A stretch of DNA of 64,000 nt from Hydrolagus colliei (taxonomy: Eukaryota). Below are positions 23,901 through 35,763 of the stretch, one piece after another (within the stretch, counting starts at the first letter, position 1; each line of letters starts with the position of its first letter). Location: assembly GCA_035084275.1 (NCBI GenBank), contig CM068743.1, positions 89,466,001-89,530,000 of the forward strand, given 5' to 3'. The notes beneath the pieces were generated by a model that was not told where the DNA came from, did no database searches, and worked only from the letters and a program-made list of their open reading frames with translations. The translations under genes and the position numbers were made by a program.

Positions 23901-26900
23901 AGGAGGCCATTCGGCCCATCTAGTCTGCGCAGGCTCTTTGAAAAGAGCAATTCAATCCCATTGCCCAGCTCTCTCTCCATAACCTAACAGATGTGTCCTC
24001 CCTAAATAAAGATCTAATAGTAATGGATGGATGTTTGAACACAGCCAAGTTTATCGCATGTAATAAGCCTGATTTTGAAATTGTTAAAAAGAAAATCCAC
24101 AGAATGTATTTTTTTAAGTTTTTTTCTCTCTCTAATGTTCTATATAAAATAAGCTTGAACATTTGTTTTTAACATTCTTTGTCAGTCTGACAAGTCAAAA
24201 TAGCAGTGAACCAACACACTATATTTGAACCAGCACAAGGTTATTCAATGCAAAGTAGTTACACGTTGAAAAATATCCTCTTGTACAGATGGAGCAAATG
24301 GAGATCATCTAAATATACCTTTTCTGCTGAATGTTGGAAGCAACAGTGATTATGAATTCTTTACTTATTATTCATCAGAGGTTTTAGCATGCAACAATGT
24401 TGTCTAGGTGTGCTCTCTTACACATTGTGATCTCTCAGACAAATCTAGCAATTGAGATGGAACAATAAAAGTGCAGGGAAAAAAAACATTAAAAAAATCA
24501 ATTTCATAGAGGTGTGTAGATGAGTAAAATACTGGGATGTCTGACTGAAAGGGAGTGTGGGACAAATATTTCTGAAGCAGCTGAGTAGATTGAAGTACCG
24601 TATTTGACTGTTGGACCTATTCATATATAGTAATGCAGTTCTAAAGCTGTTCATAAAGCTGGATTCAGGCTCATTCTCACCTAAGTGGATTTTTGTGGGG
24701 GAATATTTACTTCATGCCCTGTTTATCAGTCCAGTCCAGAAAACCAGATAAAATGGTGACCAGTGCTTCAGATGGCAGCAAAGAGGACTGTTTACGTTGC
24801 TGTTTGGCGGCTACTGCAGAAAACAAGGCCCACACTCAATGCCAAATGCAAAGAGATTCACAAGATCACAACATTTATTTGGATGAAGAAGGCTCTTTGC
24901 CCCAATCATAGCTTCAGCTGATTTTTAAATGTGTCTGATGTATCCGGACTCAACCATCTTTTGTGGCTAACTGTTCCAATTATCGATTGCCCTCTAAGTG
25001 AAGAAAAATTTCTTGTTATCTGACATGAAACTGCCCTTTACAATTGCAAACCACAACCTCGCCTCCAAGAGGGCTGATATCCTGATCCATCAACATTTTA
25101 AATGGCATGCGTATTGATTTCCAGAGCCTCACTGCACAAGACCAGTCTTCATACCCTGCTGGATCAGACTCCAATGCATGTTACCCCTATGCTCGCGCAT
25201 CTCCACTGGCTCCCCAATTCCCAGCGGATCAACTTTCAGATCCTCAGACCTTACTTTCGAATGCCTGTTTCCTTGCCCCCCAGGCTATCTCTACAATCTC
25301 CTATAATCCAATTCCCCTGCCCCTTAATGATAACTGGCCTACTTTATGACCCTTGCCCGTTTGGCCACTTTTCATTGGCTTCCTCCCACTCAGCCTTTGA
25401 CTGCATCTTGTCCACCTCCCCTGACCCTATCCATCTCCCTCCATCTCTTCTAAAGCACTTTAAGATACTCTCCCTGTATGTAAGTGGACTATGGAAGTTG
25501 TTACCTAATGTTTTTACTGCATTGATTACTTCGGGTAATCTCATCATTGAATACGAGTTAACCAATCAGTGATGTTCAGAGCTCACTGGACTCTCACAGC
25601 ATCGCTTGAGGCAAAATACAAGAAGTTCCACATAGCACCTTCTCAAAAATAATTTGAATGCTTTGTTTGCTTTATTACCTTGGGTCAGAAAGACTTACCA
25701 CTCTCTGTCAGAAGAAGTGGGACTTCAGAGTCTCTCCAGTAATTTGTTTATTGTAGCCCTGTTTCTGTATGAAGGTTAAATGATTGAGAAAATTTTGCAG
25801 CACTCGCCATAGTAATCTTCATTCCTTGAAAGAATTGTAACCACCGCCAACAAATCTTTTTGTTGACCTCACACCTTTTTTGTCTTTCCACTATGTTCTG
25901 GCCTGAGGGTGTTTTCAATTTTTTACCACAGAGATTTCACTGCTATTGCTGAACACCGCAAGTTATTTTGTCAAAACTAATAACATACGGTAGGCAAGAA
26001 AGAAGCTTCTTATACAGTGGAATGGAGAAATTTCTATTACCTGGGAATAAGAAATAATGTTTCCTCATGGCATGTAGCCAATCTCTTATTTATAAATGGC
26101 AGGACAACTTCTTTCAAGTTTGAAAGGAACTACAAGTATAATATCCTTACCATCCTAGCCAAAAATCCCCCAAATAAAATTGGTCATTGTTGTTTTGGGG
26201 ACATTGATGTGCACAAATTTGTTTGCTATGTTTGCCCACAAAGTACACAGGTCACTACACTTTACAGTATATTCTGTGAAATGCTTTGAAAGACTTGCCT
26301 GACAAGAAACGCACTGTAATAAATACAACGATTTTTGTTGTTATAAGATCCTTTTGGATTATCTTGCAACAAATGACATACAGGAGAAACATTTAAGTGC
26401 CATAACAATGCTGTTGGTATAGACTAATGGGGCTAACAATTTTTTTTTTTTGATTGATTCATGCCTTAAATCAATAAATATTCAAAACACACTAAGGATC
26501 GCACAAGCCTTAACTACACTTTTCGCCCACAAATATACAGTCAATTCACTTTACAGTATATTCCGTGAAGCATTTTGAATGTCTAGAAGATGTGAAAAGT
26601 GCTATATCAAATACTGTACAAGGATTATTATTATTATTTTATACTGTAGATTTTTGGGCAAACCTTTCTAACAAAATTCCCTCATAGACGCATTCTATGT
26701 TTGAGGGCTGCTTCTTGCCAGCCCCATGGGCCACAGGTTGACCAACACTGATATAGCCTTTTTGATGTTGAAAAAGCCATAGCTGTGAAGTGATTTATGA
26801 TATAATTGATTGAATGCTTGCACTGAACGTGAAAGTCATTTATGAATTTCAGTATAAAGTACAGGAGATCTGATGACACATCAAAATATTGAATGGCAAT

Positions 26901-27814
26901 TTAAAATGCTGAGAATAACCTAGATTAATATCATTTGTTTCTATATATATTTTTAAAACTACAAATAATCAATTAAGTCAAATTTTAAAATGTGATCTTG
27001 AAGCCACCATTCTCATGTTGTATACTTGCGCTTATTCTGTGATTGGGAACCACCAGGGCTTCATTATCCCTCCTTATGGTACAAATAAAATTTGTATTCC
27101 AATCTGCAGAGTTCAATTCAGGTGTGATTATTGAAACATAGCAATTTTGTTATATGATACAAATTATATCAAGGGGGTACTACATGGTAATTCATCTTTT
27201 TGAATAATTATAGAATGCTTGCTAACTAAAAGAAATCCATGTCAAAATGCCACACACAATAGGGGCTGTTTTGCTTTCTTAATGGAGACAAAATCAAAGG
27301 AGAAAATTTGCACTCATTACAGGCACTTTATAAGGTATAGCTGAAAGCTGTGTCGAATTTGTTTTTGTGATCTTGTGGAAAAAATAGCTTTATTATGTGC
27401 AGCCATATTGTTTCAGGAGGAATTTCATATCACCCAGGAGGAATGCGGCTTTCATCAATGCTCCTCAGTACAAATTAACCAGCTTTTATTGTGCATTGGT
27501 GGCGTGATGCAGATGTTACAAAATTCAGTCAGTATCTGTGACACGGTACTGAGACTCTGCGCAACAACTATAGCCACTAATGTTTCACTAACCAAAAAAA
27601 TAGCTGTAGGCTTTGGCCAGACCATTGTAAAGTCAGGGGAGGGGATGTTCACTACCACGACTGACTGATGCTTTCAGTGAATTTTTAAAATTTTCAAGCA
27701 CTGACAAAGGCAGATGTACAATAAAGATGCTTAAACAACAACAAAATTACACTTGTATAGCGCCTTTCACGTCAGGAGGACGTCCCAAGGCACTGAAAAT
27801 CGCAAATATGACAC

Positions 27815-28228
27815 ATACATGTCCCTCAAGCCCTCTATTTCACCATCGGTGGCCACTCATTCAGCCACTACACCCCGAAACTGGAACATTCTTCTTCTAT
27901 CCCTCCACCTTACCTCCTCCTTACGCATCTTCACATTGAGTCTAAAGACCCTCTTCTTCGACTGTGCCTACGGTCACCTCCCTCTTCCCTGTGGCTCAGC
28001 GTCATGCTCTGTCACTGTCAAGTGTTCTGGGATGTTGCTCTGTCTGAAGGGAGCTATATAAATACAAAAATGCAAAACACTGCGGATGCTGGAAATCTGA
28101 ACCTAAAACAGAATCGCTGGGAACACTCAACGGGTCAGGCAGCATCTATGGAGAAAGGAAAAGTGAGTCAACGTTTCGGGTCCATGACCCTTCATCAGAA
28201 CTGACGAAGTCATATAAATGCAAGTTGT
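27815..28228 (+). mobile_element. L2 3' end interrupted by a Penelope-type fragment
   Basis: LKTLFFDCAYG. The tail gagctatataaat...gcaagttg is split by an insertion. Confidence 0.7.
28068..28211 (-). mobile_element. Penelope-like element terminus carrying a minimal hammerhead ribozyme motif
   Basis: Minus strand reads AGTT-CTGATGA-A-GGGTC-ATG-GACCC-GAAA-CGTT-GACT. TSD-like ATATAAAT(A/G)CAA at 28056 and 28212. Confidence 0.65.
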
Positions 28229-28476
28229 GTGACCTCCACATTGCGAGTTCTAGTATTGGTTACCAGCCTCCAGTTAATGAATATTGTACGATAGTACCAT
28301 TCAACAAAACTTGAATTGATGTAATGCCTTTATGCTCAAGGTAATAAAAAAAAATCATTTGTAAAGTCCCTTTCACATCGAGAGGACATAAGGGCAAGGA
28401 GGGAAGTTGCACTGTTGTCTTTAATATAGAATCTCTATTGCTCAGAAACACTAATGCTGCTTTTCTTTCATTTCAG

Positions 28477-28581
28477 TTCCAAACGGTTCCCCAGATCAAA
28501 AATGGTTTTAAAATAGGCATGAGATTAGAGGGTGTTGACCCACGCCACCCCTCCATGTTTTGTGTGGTATCAGTGTCAGAG
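28477..28581 (+). CDS. l3mbtl4: Exon F, MBT1 (FQTVPQIKNGFKIGMRLEGVDPRHPSMFCVVSVSE)
   Basis: Acceptor ttttctttcatttcag, donor GAG|gtaagg, 105 nt, phase 0->0. GFxxGMxLExVDP MBT signature. Confidence 0.95.
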
Positions 28582-30073
28582 GTAAGGTTTTGTTGATGAA
28601 TATCTTTGATTTGTTGGCTTTATATTTTGTTTGAAGGGTTGATGTATAACCTGGATTGTTGCTCCCTTTATCTGATCTTAGTATAACTGTGTTGACGCCA
28701 CAAAACAATATTGCAAAATTGGGAGAGTACAAGGGTCACGAAAAGAATTATTGAGAGGAGGATTAGAGGTGGACAGGAAGAAAGATGTCTTCAGAATTCA
28801 TGAGGGTTATTCTGCATGATTCCCTTAATTTAGAGAATTAGTTAAAGTGACTCTATTTGTAAATGTTGGTGAATTTGCTGATGTCGGCTAACGCAACTTC
28901 AAAGTTACTGAAATACCCATTGAAATAGTTATTGATTTGTGTTGCTGGAATCCTGAAATTCAAATAATTTTTCTGGGTGTTGGTGGCAGGGGTATAATTT
29001 TTAGGTCCCTTGTAAAAAAAAAACTCCTGGAAGTAGACATTTGTTAGTTATTAAGAAGTCACTGGAAATTAATTTTAAGAAAGTTGTTATTCCTCTGTAT
29101 GACTATTATGTCTTTGACTTTGAGAAAATAGCTAGCTGCAACATTCAAATAGCATTATAGCCATTATCCATTTTATAATAATAGAATGAAACTGTACTTG
29201 CATTTGGCAAGTCGCCTATCACGTCAGGAGGATATTTCAAAATGCTTCACAAGATTTACCATAAAATGTGACTGTGCATTTTTTAGATGAACATGGCAGC
29301 CAATTTGCACACAGCAATGTCCTACAAACAGCCATGAAGTAAATGACCAATTTTATTTCAGTGTCTTTGAAGTCTATTATGAAAATATATTTAGTCGATT
29401 TGCTGATCGCTTTCCCAGTGTAATACTTTGGTCACTCAATCCATGAATATAGGCGCAACATCAAATGCAACAATTATTTTCTTAGTTTTTACTAAAGTAA
29501 AAATAAATGGCAGCCAAATTCACAGTATGAAGCTTGAGGGGTGTCTCTACGATTTATTAAGGTGCTATATAAAATGCAAGGATTATTATTATTAAAATCT
29601 GACCTCCGCCCACCCTTGAAAAAATCAATTTAGGTTTTTTGAATACAGTATTAACTTGTGTTGAATACCTTGGTTCCCAAACAAGGAGGGGGAGGTGGGG
29701 GGTTTTGGCTGCAAGATGCTTTCAGGGGTCAAGATCTGGAACAAATGGTCCCAGCAGCTGGAATGCTAACTCTGTGGGGAGCAATTACAGCCCCCACTAT
29801 GGGAGTTATTTGGGGGTTAGATGGTGCATTAATATTGTAAGCAACACTTTTTAAAATTTATTTTCTTCAATTATTTTATAATGTTGTTAAAGTAAGATGA
29901 TCAATTTATACATTATGTGGAGGATCCTCAGTCAGATTGCCTAATGCCTTGAGCCCAGAAAGTTTGGTAACCTCCCTGGTTTAATATACAATAGAACAAA
30001 TTGCAAATGTCAGTGATTCCTTTCACATTGTTACTTTCCCATTAATTCACTGTGTCCTTTCTTTCCCCATGAG

Positions 30074-30209
30074 GTATGTGGCTATCGTTTGAGGCTTCAC
30101 TTTGATGGATATTCTGAGTGCTTTGACTTCTGGATCAACATTGACTCACCTGATATCCATCCTGTAGGATGGTGTGAGAAGACCAACCGGAAACTATACC
30201 CACCTAAAG
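30074..30209 (+). CDS. l3mbtl4: Exon G, MBT1 (VCGYRLRLHFDGYSECFDFWINIDSPDIHPVGWCEKTNRKLYPPK)
   Basis: Polypyrimidine tract plus an unusual GAG acceptor, donor AAG|gtctga, 136 nt, phase 0->1. HFDG...DFW...IHPVGWC signature. Confidence 0.94.
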
Positions 30210-30910
30210 GTCTGAAATATGTTAAATAGATATTGGAAGGATTGATAAAGTGATTAAATCCATGTTATCAGACACCAGAAAATACATTACAATATGCAGT
30301 TGTATGTATACATTTGTGTTTAAGACATAATACTGCTACTGCAAGTGATGAAGCTGCTTCTGCAAGTGATGAAGTGTTTACGTCTACAATGCTAGAATAA
30401 ATTTTAAATAAACGGGAAGCCCAGATGGTGGAAGGGTAGAGCTGCAGCTTATAGTAGTAGCTCACTGGTTCAAATCTGCTTGCTGATCACTGCTGGGTTT
30501 GCTGAGCTCAGTAGGGTTGCATAGGGCAGCTAAATTGACCTGGTCTTCCTTATGTTAGAGAAAACCAACAAAGCTTCTTGCTCTTGGGTCTCACTACATC
30601 ATTGTGTACTGGTGGTGTGCATGTGTGGTAGCCATATGGAAAGAGGTTAGGCTTGGCTATGACCACAGTCTATAGTTGAGTTGTTCAGCAATACACAGGG
30701 CCAATGGTCACTCATGAAAATTAGCTACTTTGCAAGTTACTGGACAGCAACCTGGATCCAGACAACCATAATCATTCATTGCTTAGTTGGCATTTATAGA
30801 AGAATATTCTGTTTTCACTTGTCAAAATACGACTTCTTGTGATGTGTGATATGAACAGTTAAATTGTCCATCTATGCTTAATATTGAATGCCTGCTGACT
30901 TCCTTCCCAG

Positions 30911-31002
30911 ACTGTAAAGAAGAAGAATTTAACTGGTCTAACTACCTGAAAGTGGGCAAGTTCCAGGCAGCCCCAAAGAATTTATTCAAACATCACAACA
31001 CA
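30911..31002 (+). CDS. l3mbtl4: Exon H, MBT2 arm (DCKEEEFNWSNYLKVGKFQAAPKNLFKHHNT)
   Basis: Acceptor tccttcccag, donor ACA|gtaagt, 92 nt, phase 1->0. Confidence 0.94.
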
Positions 31003-32477
31003 GTAAGTCTTATTGGCATCACATTATACGATGCCAGCATTTTAATTGAGCGAGTGATTATGTTAACAGATGGCATATTTAAAGGCATGAACCCAGGTCT
31101 TTGTTTTAATTATTAACACAATAGGAATATTGGTGAAATAATTGTGATAATTTTGCAAATCCATTACTGTTCAGCACCTTGGGACGTCATAACGATGTGA
31201 AAGATGCTACAAATATACAAATATAAACTGTTGTTGTTGATGAAATTATACAAAAGGTTGTAATTTGACCATGAATTGCAAAATATGCATGCGTGTAAGA
31301 TTGTAGAGAACTGGTACAGTTTCAATCAAGCAAACTTCAGCATCGGTAGCTTTGTACAAAAAATTTTTACTTTTGAAACGTAAATATATGTTTAATTGAG
31401 ATCCTGTCCCGGGATCAGTTGTTGTGAAACGCTCTGAGATGCCGTCCGGCATGGAGGGCGCTATATAAATCAAAGTTATTGTAATTGATATTCCAAGAGG
31501 TGGAGAAATATTAGTGAAGTAAATGTCAACCCTTAAAAAAGAGATAAGGTATTTACTTTACAGTTTGGAAGTGAGATACTAATGGTGAATTACTGTATTA
31601 TTATTTGATATAGTGCTTTATCACATTGATGAAACATCTCAAAGCGCTTCACAGGATTTACCAAAAGTGCATTTACTGTTTATTTGTAGGCAAACACGGC
31701 AGCTTATTTGCGGTATCCCACAAACAGCCGTGAATTGGGGGCATCTATAGAAGTAGTGGGTTCTTTGGGCCAAATGATCTGTTCTTATTTATACTTTTTT
31801 GTGTTATGAAATAAATATTTTCTTGAACAATGATCAAATCTTTAACTAGACATTCTAAATGTTCAGTATGTGAAATACCAAGTCACCTTTTGTATGCTAC
31901 AGCCTGGGGTCTTCAAGGATTTCTTAATAAAGACTCTTATGTGACAATTGGGGATTCTCTTAGAAACAAGAAGTACAGTAGATGAACTACATGTCTATAT
32001 GTGGTTACTTCTCTCTGCTGCAAACTACTTCTGGTATTATGTTCTTATGGGTTGGCTTCTAGTTTCTGGAGCGAATCGCTGATTGCTCCGCAAGAGCTAT
32101 TATTAATAAGGAATCACATTTAAATCTTCGTGGTTCAGACTTGGTACTGGGGAATAGTTTGCATATTAACAGGTGGATTGAAAACGTATCGAGTATATCA
32201 AAGAAAAACCAACGTGAATTATTTTTTCTTAGTCTACCTTGAAAACATTAAAAACCAAGAGTAAGCCTCACGTTTTGTTCACATTCACTCTCATACACAC
32301 ACCTTGGGGTTCTCATTCAGGTTTGTCAAGTGCTTTGAGAAAGCCACACCATATGAATGCTACATAAAATATATTATAGTTGTAGATTGTTACATAATGA
32401 AGTATTGGCAATGAAAGAGCAATTTGAATGAAGAAGGAACTGTTGGGGTCACAGGCCATGACTGTGTTAATGCTGAT

Positions 32478-32720
32478 ATAAAAATGTAAAATACTGCAGA
32501 TGCTGGAAATTTGAAACAAAAACAGAAATTGCTGGGAACACTCAGCAGGCCAGGCAGCATCTATGGAGAAAGGAAAATTGAGTCAACATTTCGGGTCCAT
32601 AACCTTTCATCAAAACTGGGACATGTTGGGAGGGAGAGGCTTTTAAGGATTAACAGAGAGGGGTAAGGCAGGGCAAGAAAGGACAAAAGAGAAAATGGGG
32701 TAGAAGGCAGGAGTTGATGG
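32478..32720 (-). mobile_element. Penelope-like terminus, decayed copy
   Basis: Same family as 28068 (atactgcagatgctggaaat...ctcagcaggccaggcagcatctatggagaaagg...tttcgggtccataacctttcatca). Confidence 0.6.
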
Positions 32721-32912
32721 GTTAAGGAGGTGTTAATGTTGTGAAAGAAAACTTCAATTTATATAGCGCCCTCCATGCCGGACGGCGACTAAGAGCGCTT
32801 AACAATAACACTGTATTACTCAAGTAATACACAGTGAGGACCATTATTGGTACATAATTTGTGTGGTATAACATTGCTGTACAATTATACTGTATTTATA
32901 TTCCTGGCAACG

Positions 32913-33310
32913 AGGTGTCAGCTTGGCTCAGTTGGTACACTCTCGCCTCTTAAATTAAGACTTGGATCTACTAATCATGATTGACAGCATAATGTCAACC
33001 ATAATCAGCACTGGGGGAACACTGGACTGTTGGAGGTGCTATATTTATGTCTCATTGTTGGGTGAGATATTAAACTGAAGTCGCGTCTCCCTATTTGAGT
33101 GGACATTAAAGTTCCCATTTGAAAAAACTTGTGGTTTCTCCCGGTGTCCAACACCAACAATCCTCCAGGTAAAATTGGTCATTCACTTCATGACTGTTTA
33201 TGGGACAATGACTGTCACATTCACCTACAAATACACATTCACTTTACGGTGAATAATTTGAGATGTTTCAATGACAATAATAAGGCGCTATTTCAAATGC
33301 AAGGATTGTG
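32913..33310 (+). mobile_element. DeuSINE-type SINE (tRNA head, Deu-like core, shared tail)
   Basis: ggtgtcagcttggctcagttggta head, actgttggaggtgc...gagatattaaactgaag...ggacattaaag core, and the tail aaggcgctatttcaaatgcaagg. Confidence 0.7.
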
Positions 33311-33708
33311 CAATGAAATTCTATCTAACAGTATAAGCACAAGAGGGCAAGCTCGGTTTATATTTTTTGCTGTACAACAAATTCAGGTTTTAAAAGTAGC
33401 AGCCTATTTTGGTGAGCTGCACATTCTTAATTTGGTTCTTTATTGCACTGCAGCTTAAACTTTTCTCTTGGTGAACTGAGGGGCAGGGCTCTAGTATCCT
33501 CCAATTATGGTAGCTCAATTTATGATCCATGGAGCTCTGCTGGCACACAATTATACACTCATAACAAAGTATAACCCACAGCCTTGAATTTTCCTCTTGC
33601 AGTGTGTTTCCATCCTCAGATTTCAAATTTTATTAAATTAATTTTTCTTTTTTTCGGTTTTGTGCCTTTTCATTGGGTGTAATGTACACCATTATCTATC
33701 TGTTTCAG

Positions 33709-33860
33709 ACTGTTACTCCTTCAGGATTTCGAGTTGGTATGAAGCTGGAGGCTGTTGACAGAAAGAATCCTTCCCTCGTCTGTGTTGCTACAGTGACCGA
33801 CATGGTAGAAAATCGCTTTTTGGTGCATTTTGATAACTGGGATGACACATACGATTACTG
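33709..33860 (+). CDS. l3mbtl4: Exon I, MBT2 core with methyl-lysine pocket (GFRVGMKLEAVDRKNPSLVCVAT...HFDNWDDTYDYW)
   Basis: Acceptor tgtttcag, donor CTG|gtgaga, 152 nt, phase 0->2. Confidence 0.96.
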
Positions 33861-34164
33861 GTGAGAAGCAATTCTCCAAAATCACTTCTTTGCGTTGAAT
33901 TCCTTAGTGGCCTGCATTGTACAAATACATTTTCTTGGCATGTACAAGAATAGTATTACATAAAATTAGAGTTCCAAAGAATTAAGCTAATAGCATGTTG
34001 AATCCTCTCTGTTCCTTGGAGAAGTGTGCTCCTATTATTAACCACACTAGGCAGTCTCTCATTAATTTTAAGTTAAGTTAATTTTGAGCCACGTTGCAAA
34101 CTAAAGTTAAAACTGAGAGGAAAAAAATGCATTGGAAATTTCCTGATTCAGCAGACAAATCTCT

Positions 34165-34508
34165 GCTAGTGTTTAAATCCCTCCATTCCTTGGCACTCCC
34201 CTATCTCTCTAACTTTCTCGATCCTCACAGCAGCACATGCTGCCTCAGCTCTACTGGGTCCACCCTCTTCCTTGTCCCCCAAATCCTCTGCTGCACCATC
34301 TTATAGTTCTATGTCCTAAAACTTTGGAACTCCCTCCCTCAAGTCTTATGCCTCGCCACACGTTCTGCATGTCCGGCTCGTGCCTGAAGACCTTCCTTTT
34401 CGACCACGCTTACGGTCACCTATCCCTCCCTTGGCTCCACCACTGTAAAGCGCTCCGAGGTGCCAACCAACATGGAGGGTGCTTTATAAACGCAAGTTGT
34501 TGTTGCTG
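34165..34508 (+). mobile_element. L2 3' end
   Basis: VFKSLHSLALPYLSNFL, LKTFLFDHAY and a (TTG)n tail. Confidence 0.75.
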
Positions 34509-34809
34509 CTGGCTTGTGTTATGAGCAAACCAGTTATTGTTTTCAACCAGTGAGTCATGTCTGGCACCTTCAACAACCTGCTGTGTTCCTACTATGCCAG
34601 GGATTATAACTATCTTTTAAATTTAAACATGCTTGGTAGAGGGAAAGGGTGATATGTTCTCAATCTTAATGTGGGAGCAGGTGCAATCTCTGGCTGGGCA
34701 ATGTTGTGCAAAGTGCATTGAACGTAAAGAGGAGAAAACTGATATTTTAAAATGAAGAACAGAATACAAAAAAAAACACGCTTTACAGCAAACTTACATA
34801 TCTTTCTAG

Positions 34810-35763
34810 TAGGGTCCGTCGATATGGAAATTTTCAGATTAAATATATCGATGGGCTCATATCGAGATATACCGAAATATCGATATTTTCGGGTTTTTCG
34901 TACTGCGCATGCATTCCGGGTGCGCGCGCATTCGGGGCCTATCTCCTCAGGAGGTAAATATCTTTCTCTCTCTGTGTCTCTCACTCTCTCCATCTTTGTG
35001 TTTTTCTGTCTGTGTGTCTCTCTCCCTTTCTCCTCTCTCACATTCCCCCCCATCTCTATCTATCTGTATATTATCACATCCACCCGTCTCTCCCCCCACC
35101 CCCCCGCCGTTCCTCTCTCGCACCCCCCACCCCCGTCGTCTCTCTCCCCCACCACCACCCCCGCCGTCTCTCTCTCACCCCCCCCCCCGCCGTCTCTCTC
35201 TCCCTCCCCCCCCCAGCCGTCTCTCTCCCCTCCCCAGCCGTCTCTCTCCCCCACCCCCTCCCCCTCCCTGTCTCTCTCCCCCTCCCCGCAGCCGTCTCTC
35301 TTCCTCTCCCCCCAGCCGTCTCTCTCCCCCTCTCCTCCCCCCCCAGCCGTCTCTCTCACCCCCCAGCCGTCTCTCTCCCCCCCCCCCCCAGCCGTCTCTC
35401 CTCCCCCCCCAGCCGTCTCTCTCCCCCTCCGCGCAGCCGTCTCTCCCCCCCCCCAGCCATCTCTCTCCCCCTCACCCCCCCCCCCCAGCCGTCTCTCTCA
35501 CCCCCCACCCCTTGCATACCTGTATATTGTATTCGAGAACTGTGAATACAATATGGTGGCTTTGCACCTCGGTCTGTGCATTGGCAATAGGATATAGAGA
35601 TGAGCATTCTGGGTCTTGTAGTTCAGTGTGCTCGCATCCCGATTTTTTACCTCGATATATCGATTTTTTCGATATATCGATTTTTTTGAAATGTCTATAT
35701 CAGCATATCGATATGAAAATTATACCGAGTTTTAGCGATATATTGATATATCGCTGGACCCTT
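34810..35763. mobile_element. Non-autonomous hAT (Ac-like TAGGG ends) with 8-bp TSD and internal minisatellite
   Basis: TIRs TAGGGTCCGTCGATAT / ATATCGCTGGACCCTT. TSD CTTTCTAG at 34802-34809 and 35764-35771. Subterminal ATCGAT/GATAT repeats at both ends. Confidence 0.88.
35075..35510. repeat. C-rich minisatellite, unit about CCCCCC(C/A)GCCGTCTCTCT
   Basis: Directly visible tandem units with variable C-run length. It explains the Pro-rich ORFs. Confidence 0.9.

Noticed and set aside
30430-30760. Possible old SINE-like repeat between exons G and H
   Set aside because: The resemblance is from memory only and too degenerate to support a call.
35075-35510. CRISPR-like repeat/spacer array
   Set aside because: The context is eukaryotic and the apparent spacers are only C-runs, so this is a minisatellite.
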